Shown piece by piece: positions 27,255 to 37,410 of a DNA stretch of 64,000 nt. Under the pieces are notes generated by a model that made no database searches, was not told where the DNA came from, and was given only the letters and a program-made list of their open reading frames with translations. Position numbers and translations under genes: made by a program. Origin of the DNA: Lingula anatina (lineage: Eukaryota; Animalia; Brachiopoda); assembly GCA_051362555.1 (NCBI GenBank), contig CM120644.1, positions 23,520,534 to 23,584,533 of the forward strand. The letters run 5' to 3'. Position 1 is the first letter of the stretch. Every line of letters starts with the position of its first letter.

Positions 27255-28009
27255 CACGCTCGGCTGTCACCTTGATTGGATAGTAAACGGTTGTCGTAAA
27301 ATCGCTAAATGATATTAAAACCCGGTGCAGTCCCCATATACCTCCATAGAGACAATAAAATAGAAGAAGCTTCTGAAACAAGAAAAATCCAGTTCCAACA
27401 TAATAATCGAAATAAAATACTGCCGGGCATCGGAGCGGCCTAAAACTTGGCACGCTTACCGCTAATACTGCAGGCTACATCATCCCGTCGTTGGTCCTCT
27501 CTACAATCCAATTCAGGAAATGACGTAACCGCAGAGGTCGCATTGTCCAATGGCATGGCTTCTTTTTCGTAATGGTAGGTTAGAGAGAACCAATTCAAAC
27601 ATCAGAGGTGGAATTTGGATATACGGTTTGATTGTGCGTATGCCATGCACGGAATTTACAAACGAGCGACGGGATGATGTAGCCTGCAGTATTAGCGGTA
27701 AGCGTGCCAAGTTTTAGGCCGCTCCGATGCCCGGCAGTATTTTATTTCGATTATTATGTTGGAACTGGATTTTTCTTGTTTCAGAAGCTTCTTCTATTTT
27801 ATTGTCTCTATGGAGGTATATGGGGACTTTACGACATTCGGTTTGAAGGCTTTAACCACTTGTTATAGTTTATTTTTGCGTTGTATTGGATTAATGTGGC
27901 AGTCTAAGGTTGTCCTAGGTGGTTTTCAAGTTTATGCACCGGGTTTTAATATCATTTAGCGATTTTACGACAACCCTTTACTATCCAATCAAGGTGACAG
28001 CCGAGCGTG
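27255..28009. mobile_element. 755-bp largely palindromic MITE in the BEL 5' LTR
   Basis: TIR CACGCTCGGCTGTCACCTTGATTGGATAGTAAA. Arms ~27255-27491 and ~27668-28009. 8-bp TSD TTTCCCTT at 27247-54 and 28010-17. Empty site in the 3' LTR at ~20288-20298. Confidence 0.92.
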
Positions 28010-28141
28010 TTTCCCTTAAACACGGGATATAGAATTCTAGCCACTACACTGATTTCTTTCCATACTTTCCATTATATCCTGTTCCAGTACTGTTACTTGC
28101 CTATATCGTTACTCACAAGATCTCTTTCTCTTGTGTTCCAG

Positions 28142-28448
28142 GCAGCTTCATGGCCAGTTTTGCCCATACCCTCGCAGGGATCCCAGACGCCATGATCACC
28201 TCGGGAGCCATCAACCATCTCCTGGAGCACCTGTTCTCTGACAGCGAGGAGGTAAGATCAGCTGTTGCCTGCGCCCTGGGGTACCTCTCCTTCAACAAGA
28301 CCACAGCGAGGGCGCTACTTGTGGCCTGCAGGAACCGCCCCAAGTACTACGACCTGCTCATGGACAATATTGGGCTGAATCCGAAGATTAGCGCTGACTT
28401 TGTGGATGATTTTAAGCGGGCTAAGCTGGTTGGGCTGCCATCGCAAAG
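28142..28448 (+). CDS. ANKAR: ANKAR C-terminal armadillo-region exon
   Basis: GSFMASFAHTLAGIPDA...EEVRSAVACALGYLSFN...CRNRP...LVGLPS resembles the ANKAR C-terminal region as I recall it. Acceptor ttccag ends at 28141 (phase 1); donor GT at 28449 (phase 2). Confidence 0.85.
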
Positions 28449-28634
28449 GTACTGTAGGTTGTTTGGGAGATGTTTATGATAAATGATATTTTTACCTACT
28501 GCTACATACTTCTTAAAGTTGTTCTCATAATTTTGTTGAAAAATTGATATTCATAACGAAAGAGTCAGAAAATTAATACATTTGACATATTGATTATAAT
28601 TTTTTTTTCTCATTTTTGTATATTTTTTTTTCAG

Positions 28635-28687
28635 CCTGGAAATCAATGGAGGGCCTCCCATTATTCCTCACAACATTGTGAGAGATG
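28635..28687 (+). CDS. ANKAR: ANKAR small exon (SLEINGGPPIIPHNIVRD)
   Basis: tttttcag acceptor and GTGAGT donor. Phase-compatible with the previous exon; resembles the recalled ANKAR motif SLEKNGGPSIIP. Confidence 0.8.
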
Positions 28688-29012
28688 GTGAGTAAAATTA
28701 TTTTGTACAATTTTAAATGTATTAATTATGTAAGTTTTTTATAATAAACAGCTTGAACAAAATATTTGTAAGGTTTTGAGGTAGTTAACATCCTTGCAAG
28801 TATTTGAACTCATATTTATTTCAGCTGTTGAAACAGTTATATGGATAATGTGAAAAAGAAAAACAGTTATTTTATATGAATGATGAGCAAGTTTTGACTT
28901 GAATTATCTCTGTGAAAAGTTTTATAGAAATGGGTTGAATCTTTTAAAATATATTTTCATCATCATATTTTAAATTATTTCACACTCACTCTCTAAACTA
29001 CCACATATACAG

Positions 29013-29149
29013 GATCTAAGCTAAAGAAACACTTTCGTCCCACTAACTTCTATCTGCCACCCAATAAAAAGGAGATAAAAGCTGAGCTTGGAACTTGCCG
29101 CAGCTTTCCTTTGCTGCATACTAACATGGCTACTGCTGATGCTGGGTAA
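29013..29149 (+). CDS. ANKAR: Probable ANKAR terminal exon (GSKLKKHFRPTNFYLPP...DAG*)
   Basis: atacag acceptor, phase 1 compatible, open to TAA at 29147-49. Sequence similarity is weak. Confidence 0.45.
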
Positions 29150-30456
29150 CATTGTTGATGTTGTCACCAACCATCGGCACTGTTACTGTTATTGCTACAC
29201 CTCACGGAGTCACATTCACCTTGTAGTGACATTCTGTTGTCTATATCATTTTTTTTTTTTTTTTTTTTGCAAAATGTCGAGTCACTTATTACCATATTAC
29301 ACTGTTAAAACCAAAGCACTTCTGACCTTTTATAAATACTTCATTATGATGCCAGAAAATCTGCCACTTTATAATTTGGACATTTTTCCAATGACATACT
29401 CTGTTCGAGCACAAGAGAATTACCAAAAGGCATTGTTTAATTTTACTCCAAAATGATGTTTGAATGGATTTTGCTGCTAGCATTCTATGCTGTATGTCAA
29501 TGGGGCAGAAAAGTAGGTCACGGAAGTAGGTTAAATTTACAACCAAAAATTTAAAGAAAGGAGCAATCTCAAGCTCTTTTATGGCTGATCGAGTGATCTA
29601 TTCAGTTTGTCCCTTGACATGGTGAATTTATTTGAGTCGTATAAGAAACTAGTAGAACTAGTTTACATGTGTTAATGGGAATCCACGCTCCACCGATGCT
29701 CGGTTCGTACAGTATGTACCTTTATACTACATTAAAGATATGTTGTCACCCTTCGCCCAAAAAAAAACTCCTCATTTACTGCCTTACAGACATTCCTTTG
29801 GGTAAAAGATAGGTCGTCAGTGTTCAGTGACTCAATTAATTAACATTTAAACATACATCATCTTACGGGTGACGTCATAATTGCGATTTTTGGGTAAAAA
29901 CTGAAAAAAATCCCTCAAATTTTGCATTTACCTAAGCACCGACGATAACCGTTTCAACGCTGATTTAATGACACCAATTAGTACTCCAAAATCTTGCCAA
30001 GGGTTTGGGTGGTGGGAGGCGTTTTCGTACTTACCAACAAGGTTCTCTTTTACCTGTCGTCTTCGCTGGTCGTAGCTTCGACTGGACACTGATCAGTAGT
30101 CGGTTCATATGTTCACGTGGCCGTATCGCGAAAAATTAGTGGACCATAGATGACCCCTAGGGTCATATGGGCTCCGTTATTTAATTAGCTATCCCCGCAA
30201 TTGTATAACATGCTCTACTAGCATTTGTGCGTACGTGATTAAGGTCTACTAGCAACCGCGTATGCGCGGCCACCACGGATCCTCCTTTCCTCCCAATAAA
30301 TTTATTATTTTTAAAATAATATAACTTTATTGTCCGAAATAGCTCGGTTATGCCAATTATCAGTTTATAGGATGTTTACGAATATCCTTTAAGTATTGGA
30401 GGATAGGAGTCGTGAGCCGGCCGCGCCAGAATTTTTAAATTGTTATCATACTATGC

Positions 30457-30458
<2 letters not shown>

Positions 30459-30530
<72 letters not shown>
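30459..30530. repeat. (AT)n microsatellite
   Basis: Visible run; a second lies at ~37317-37380. Confidence 0.95.
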
Positions 30531-30532
<2 letters not shown>

Positions 30533-30962
30533 GTGCATTCCTTTACGGTAAACTGATAATAATAATGGCAAAAGGTGGGTTGTATGTGAAACGCCATAGA
30601 ACAGGTTTCCTGTTCACCCACCCTATTTCGAAAATAAACCAGAGATTGGGAATGGAGAATTATCAGTGCGGTGGTTTATTAATGCATCTAGAAGTGTAAT
30701 AGCATGGCAATAGCAAGTGTATAGCATGGCATAGCAGTATTTATTGCGCATAACAATGTTCTATATACAAATGTCCTTGCCACCTATGTATTAACCTATA
30801 ACTTTAACTAGTCATGCTTTATCATAAGTTAGTTTTGGTGCGTTATGATAAGTACAGTGCTCGCTCTGTGTAATGCGTACTTGCATGCATATACAGTTGT
30901 ACCCCTTTACAGCTCATTTACTAAAAGTGCGTCGATCATAGCCACAGACATGCTATTTTGCC

Positions 30963-31787
30963 TCAGTATCTGATATACTTCATGAAGGCATTAGATTTCC
31001 AACGGCCTAGCTGTCTTATAAGGTCACTGGGCAGACCAAGTGATGCCGCCAATGTGGCACCCCCAATGCGGAAGGAGTGACTTTTGTAACGCGTGTCATT
31101 TAATTGTATTGCTGTAAACAATTGCCTGAGGGCACAAGTAAACTGATGTCTCGTGACAGGAAAACCACGTGCAGTCACAAATAGCTGGCCTGTACTGAGT
31201 TGAGGCCTCTTTAGAAGATATAGTTCCAATTGTCGAACCGGGCAGAGTAGGTACTGTTGTCTCCATAGTGTGATCTTTGCCTCCACATGTGGCTTACTGT
31301 GTTTGTATGAGCGTAGGGTTAAAATTGCTCTGTCTGAATACAGCATGACATCAAAAATTTGTAAGGCATGTTTGGCGGGTGTTAGCACTAGTTCGCTGAT
31401 GCGCATCAGCCCATAAAAGGCGACCAGCATGATTGTCTGATAAAGGCAGGCATCGTATGGATGGCAAAAAACTTGAGCAGACATGTGATAAAGCTGACTA
31501 AGAAGGTTGAGTGTGATGGGAAGTCTTGTGTCTTCCGTACCATTGCGTCTGTGGTGACCTCGTAGCGTTTCTAAGACCAGAAAATGTTTCGTCGGGTCAA
31601 GCCAGTTGGTAAACTGGTACTTGTATGCTAATGCTGAGAGCATTGTGCGTATTGTGCTAGGTGCTAGAAATTCTGCTAAATAAGTCACAAAGAGTGAGGT
31701 AACAATGGCATCACTTGGGAAAACTGATAGCCCAGATCTTTTTTCAAATGCCTGTATATGTTGATTTACCTGTGCATACGTAGCCAA
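30963..31787 (-). CDS. Tyrosine recombinase
   Basis: AFYGLMRISEL, HSFRIGGAT and LGRWKSNAFMKYIR carry the R-HxxR-W-Y catalytic residues. The frame stays open upstream, overlapping the RNase H end. Confidence 0.95.
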   Translation of the reverse strand: MATYAQVNQHIQAFEKRSGLSVFPSDAIVTSLFVTYLAEFLAPSTIRTMLSALAYKYQFTNWLDPTKHFLVLETLRGHHRRNGTEDTRLPITLNLLSQLYHMSAQVFCHPYDACLYQTIMLVAFYGLMRISELVLTPAKHALQIFDVMLYSDRAILTLRSYKHSKPHVEAKITLWRQQYLLCPVRQLELYLLKRPQLSTGQLFVTARGFPVTRHQFTCALRQLFTAIQLNDTRYKSHSFRIGGATLAASLGLPSDLIRQLGRWKSNAFMKYIRY

Positions 31788-31810
31788 AGTACTGGGAGCT
31801 TTTGCTTGTT

Positions 31811-33862
31811 TTAAAAGCGTTTCACGTCTGTTAGAAAGCTGTTCAATGAAATGGTGGTGGGCAGCGGGTCCATTTGTTTCCTGGCTAGTGGATGTAGCTG
31901 AAAAAAATTTTGCATATTATTACGTGAGATGGCATCAGCGCCTGTATTAGCAATACCTGCAATGTGTTCCGCTTTTAGGAGAATATTGTTTGACATGATG
32001 AGAATTACTAGGGGTCTTACGATTTTCATTAAATCACTATCTTTGGAAGAGCAGTTGTTTATGATTGCCACCGATGCTGCGTTATCGGTGTGCACCATGA
32101 CATTTTTGTCTCTGAAGTGGCCTGCCCAGGTTTGCAAGGCTGCGAATATGGCATACATTTCCAAAATCGAAATATTAATATGTCCCTGCGTATCTATCCA
32201 TTGGCCTTGTAACCAGCGATCTCCGAATATTGCTCCAAAACCAAAATGTTTTGCTGCATCCGTAGAGATATGGAGAGTATTTACATTCCAGTCGTCATCA
32301 TGCATGAAAGCCTGACCATTAAACTGAGCTAAAAATGTTATCCACGTTCCTATGTCTTGTCGAATTTCCTAATTTAGTCTTATTTTGTGCCACTTTTTGT
32401 GTGCTTGGGATGTAAGGTTGTACATTCGACGAGAAAAAGCTTTCCCCCCTGGTATAACTGTGCAACAAAATGCTAACGCCCCTGTCATTTTTTGGAGGGT
32501 CTTCAGGGTGATTTTTTGTTTTTTAGAATTTTCTCGCAATATGGATATATACTTGTCAATTTTTTCTTGGGGGAGTCTAATCTGTCGCTTTATGGCATCA
32601 AGTTCTAGTCCTAAAAAGGTCATAACCGGGTTTGGTCCAAAAGTTTTATCCGGCGCTAAGGGCACTCCAATAACTTTACATAAGGCACAAAAGGAATTCA
32701 GTTGTCGCTGACAATGTTCTTTTGAGTCGGCCAAAATCGGGAAATCATCGAGCATATTTACAATGTCTGTAACAAGGTATTTGTTCTTAGCAGCCCATGC
32801 TATCGCATTACTAAATAATTGGAAAAGTTGACAGGCGTTGGAAATTCCCATTGGGAGGGTTGTGTCATGGTAGAAGAGACCTTCAATTGTGAAACCGAGG
32901 AGGAAATAGAAGTCGGGGTGTACGGGTACGTTTCGATATGCGTTTTCTATGTCGATTTTTGCCATGTGAGTGTCAGGACCTAGTTTGAGAATGCATTTAA
33001 TTGCGTCTTGTACAGTTTGGTATTGTACAGTGGAATAGGTTGGAGGGATGCCATCGTTAACAGAATGACCTTCTGGGTGGGACAAGTGGTGAATACGTCT
33101 GAATTTTCCTGCTACTTTTTTGGGGACTACTCCCGTCGGTGAGGTTACAAAATAATGCCTCATGGTTTTTTTCGTAAATGGCCCTGCTATTTTCCCTTCC
33201 TTAATTTCTGCATTAACTTTCTGTAAGAGGATGCCCGTATTTTCTATTGTTGATTTTAGATTGTTTTTTGAGGATTGCGGTAAAGGGCCAAAATACGGAA
33301 TTTTAAAGCCTGATCGAAATCCAGTAACCAAGTAGTGTCTTTTTTCCTCGTCATAGCCCTGTAATATATGATTAAGTTCATTGGATAACACAGGTGTTGG
33401 GATTTGTGACGGCCATTGGAACGTTCCACGGTTTTCTATGATGAACGGGACGATGGCGTTTGTTGGGTCTGACATGGGGTCCGGCGGGATAGCTGTTGAG
33501 AGAGAGGTAGGGGCTTCTGAATGTTTGTCTGGACTGCTCCAGCATGAAGGCTCTGTAGCCTCGTGTGCGTTTGTGGCCTGTGGTTTGTTAATAGGGTCGA
33601 GTATTAGACCTACCGAAGAGTGCACCCCTACCCCTGTTGCCACGTCCACCTCTGTTGTTGTACTTGAGGATGTTGCAGTTGATTCCGCGATGGCTCGACG
33701 AGACACATATATTGCAGATGTGTTGGTACCTGCACTGCAATTTGTCACAGTAGTCCCCCCTGTTCCAGCGGCGGCAGATGGGTGCCGTGATTGTGCGTTG
33801 TGACTGTGCGGGAAGGGAGCGAAAATTCCGAAAGGACTGCCTCTTAGCCGATTGGTTTCCAA
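31811..33862 (-). pseudogene. Reverse transcriptase/RNase H of the YR retrotransposon, split by one in-frame stop
   Basis: KIDIENAYR, LPMG, MLDDF, TFLGLELD. After TAG at 32369-71 the same frame continues into STDAA...INISILEMYA...HTDN...NTGADAISR. Confidence 0.92.
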
Positions 33863-34884
33863 AAGATGAGAGGGGAGGGGTCTGCGTCTGAGGTTGGTAT
33901 GAACAACGTAACATCAGCTCTTGATTAATAACTTCCCACTGAAGACCGAATAATTTGTTCTGTCTGAATTCTTTATCATAACGTTGCCAGTCAATTCCTG
34001 GCGTTTTGCTGAGCTGTAGGATGTGGTCCCCATATTTCAATAAATTTAGTGCCTGGAGGGGTTGGGTTCGAAGATAGATCGTTTGGAAGATGTAAAAGGC
34101 TGACTGCCAATCTTGGAAAGATAGAGGTGAATTAGACGTGGTGGGAGTAAGAATTATTTTCATCATTCCATTGTCATCGAGTTCCCCACTATACGTGAAC
34201 TGTTGTTTCTGTTCTTTTTTAATAAGTAAATGAAAATCTACATACTCATCGCGAGTAATTTTATCTCTAATGGTCTGCGATATATGGCCGTCAAGGGGGG
34301 TGGAAAGAAAGGTAAGAGAATTACCTGTGATGGCGCCTGCTAGTCCTGGACTGCTGTTCTGGTGTAATGTTGGCTGGCTGGAAGCCTGAATTGGGAACAG
34401 CTGGTTTCCATATGTTCTTAATGGATCCTGGCCTACACCAGGATGAGGAGGCTGGCCCCCTACCATACCCAATCCTATGGGCACCATCTGTGCGGGGGCC
34501 CCTAAGTGAGACGGCTGTCCCCACCCCATAACTGGCATTGCTGTGGGTTGCTGGGCCATCCCGGCGAACTGAGGTTGACCCCCTGTTGTTCCTGTATTCG
34601 ACATGGGAGGATACTGGGCTATCCCAATGAAAGGAGGCTGCCCCCCTGTTACTCCCATATCTGTTGTGTGTGGTTGCTGGACTTGTCCAGTTCGAGAGGG
34701 CTGCCCCCCTGTACCACCCCGAATCGCGAGGCCTGGTGTCCCCGAATAGCTGTCTGCGGCTTGTCTGGGCGGCCTGTGTCATCTGGCCCCCTATTTGGTT
34801 TTGGCAGGGCCCCACTTGATCTGTCAGTAACCTCATGTAGGGACCCATTTGAGGTCCCACTGATGGTAATCCCGGAGGATTCAT
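33588..34884 (-). CDS. gag-like ORF, apparently frameshifted near 34700-34770
   Basis: GGQPP-rich N-terminus, EYVDFHLL, WQRYDKEFRQ and the Cys/His finger CRRWNRGDYCDKLQCRYQHICNIC. Overlaps the RT ORF. Confidence 0.8.
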
Positions 34885-35094
34885 CTTGTTTTTTGATTCC
34901 TAAAGAAAGGGAGAGAATGTTTGTAAGTAACGACTCCTAACTGGCAGGTTTAGTCTTTCGACAGTGGCCCCGCCCACCACAGTATTACTGAATGGACTGG
35001 AAGAAAAAGGAAGAAACATGCTTTAAGTAACCAACTTAAACATGAAAAAGAAAAATTTTTAATAGGCACAATTAACATGCTGTTAGAATATTAA

Positions 35095-35715
35095 TCAATT
35101 TAACCCACTATTTGCCATTGTGCTGGCTGCTGATTTTAGATTCTTCCAGAATCTTTTATGTCCATAACTGTTGACATGAGTGCCATTATCGCACAACATG
35201 GCAGACGCAGCCTCATATGCACCCTTCATCTTCCAAAAGTGGATATTTTCCTCCTGATGGAGTAATCGTTGAAGGAGGTGGTTGGCCGTTTTTACGTGCT
35301 GTCTGTATTGCACCTCGTGGGTTGGAGTTCTTATCCTGCTGGTGGGCATTGAAGAATGGCGCCGAGGTATCAGTTGGCCCACGAATACTACCTTGACTTG
35401 CAGGGCCCACTGCCTGAGAATTGCAACGTAGTCTACCACAAGTTGTCTCACTCTTGCTGTTGAAGCGTCGCAGGTGATGTCGTTACCTAGCAGTTGGCAA
35501 AATAGACCGTCATACTCATTCAGGCGAGCTAAGGCAGGCAACTCTGTTATGCTTTGGAGAGTACCCCCGCTTAGACCCATTAGGGTTATCCTGCATTTGT
35601 CTTTTAACTCCAGGTCAGGTGGGCAGCTGGCAACTGTAGCTTTGTTAATGCCTTTGGGTGTTTTAACCCGTGCGATAAGACTGTTGCCGAGCAGCAGTAG
35701 GCGAGGGCGTGACAT
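35095..35715 (-). CDS. SGNH/GDSL hydrolase-like ORF
   Basis: Blocks LLLGNSL, GLSGG, LLGNDI and DNGTHVN. Confidence 0.8.
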   Translation of the reverse strand: MSRPRLLLLGNSLIARVKTPKGINKATVASCPPDLELKDKCRITLMGLSGGTLQSITELPALARLNEYDGLFCQLLGNDITCDASTARVRQLVVDYVAILRQWALQVKVVFVGQLIPRRHSSMPTSRIRTPTHEVQYRQHVKTANHLLQRLLHQEENIHFWKMKGAYEAASAMLCDNGTHVNSYGHKRFWKNLKSAASTMANSGLN

Positions 35716-36289
35716 GCTGAGTTCTGAAAGACAGGATCTGTGTTATATTTGTTTAAAACATGCGGGTCAAGATCTGGTTATATTCAGTTGTAACAAGACT
35801 ACATATTTATGATAATAGGCTATGCAAGGAAGAGAACGGTTTACATGATGCAATAACATAGTATGCCAGTACACCTGTTTGTGCTAGGACAAGAATTAAA
35901 AAGGGGGGACTCTGATATTAGAGGCTAGTGAGCTTAAGTAGCATATGAACATACGCTTTTAATGAGAAATTATGCGAATACATTGGCTGGCTGACGAAGC
36001 GTAAAAATATAACAATTATTTTATGTAGCGTAGAGTACGAAAATTTTAAGATTTCAGATAGGGTGTGCCACTTTTTAGAGAAAAAAATTCTCGATATCCA
36101 TTTATGGTCATAACAATGTTGCGTAAAATTTATCACAAATGCATAATTACTTGAAGATTTGGGTTTGGTACTATGTTATGCAGCGTGCGAAACATAAGCC
36201 CTAATTGATTTAGCGTGCGAATATGTAGCAGAAATAATTACGTGTGTCAATTTGCTGAAACTATGAAGCATGTAAATATGGCTGAAAAT

Positions 36290-37314
36290 GTTAAACTTGC
36301 AACTATGGGGCTGGAAATATAAAGCAAATGAACATGCCATCAAAAGGCGTGCGAACATGTGGCTGAATTAATGATGCGTACGAAATAAGCGTGCGAAATA
36401 AGCAGTAAATTGAAATTACACATACTTAAATATATGAGCACATGCTGTCAATTCATACCCAAGTGATATGGTAATCGAAGTATCTATAAGCAGCATATAC
36501 ATTTTGTTAAATATACTGTAATAAAAGCATTATAACGTTAGAGGATTGCACAGGTGGGCATTAGTACGCATATATGTAGCCATATTCATAAGTCAATAAT
36601 ATCTGTCGTAGGTGTTTTTGAATATAACAAAATATATGAATGCAGCGTATCGTGGGCTAAGAATATAAAGCGAATGAACATGCCACCAATAAAGGCGTGG
36701 AATTCATGAAGCGTGCGAAATAAGCGATAAATTGAAGCTGCACATACTTAAATCTATGGTGAACAGCACATGTCAATTCATACCCAAGCGATAGCAAATA
36801 TATGCATGCAGCGTAGTGTGGGCTGAAATTATAAATCGAATGGACATGCCACCAATAAAGGCGTGTGAACATGTGACTTAATTCATAAGGTTTTCGAACT
36901 TACATATATAAAGCGTGCGAAATAAGCGGTAAATTGAATCTGCATATACTAGAATCTATTGTGTACAGCACATGCTGTCAATTCATACCCAAGTGATAAC
37001 AAATATATGTATGCAGCGTATCGTGGGCTAAGAATATAAAGCGAATGAACATGCCACCAATAAAAGCGTGTGAATATGTGGCTTAATTCATGAGGTTGCG
37101 AACCAAACATGTATAAAGCGTGCGAAATAAGCGTGATAAATAAGCGGTAAATTGAAGCTGCACATACTTAAATCTATTGTGAACAGCACACGCTGTCAAC
37201 TCATACCAAAGCAATATCAAAAATAATGTGTCGATTAGCGGCATGCAATTTTTGTTAAATATATTGTCATATAAGCATTATAACGTTACAGGGATGCACA
37301 GATGAGAATTAATA

Positions 37315-37381
<67 letters not shown>

Positions 37382-37410
37382 CCATATTCATAAGCCTATA
37401 ATGCTGTCGT
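36290..37410. repeat. Degenerate tandem repeats in the element leader
   Basis: AATATAAAGCGAATGAACATGCCA-like motif at ~36317, 36661, 36827 and 37032. ~36490-36620 recurs at ~37240-37418. Confidence 0.8.

Larger units (their letters stand above)
20129..28048 (-). mobile_element. BEL/Pao LTR retrotransposon
   Basis: LTRs begin TGTAGTGGCTAG on the minus strand at 28048 and 20326. A polypurine-tract-like GGTGGAGGGTGTA precedes the 3' LTR. The 5' LTR probably ends ...TCACGGAACA at 26441, downstream of AATAAA (inferred). Domain order gag-PR-RT-RH-IN. Confidence 0.93.

Noticed and set aside
29670-30000. Possible DNA transposon fragment after TTAA
   Set aside because: No second end or homologue in the window.
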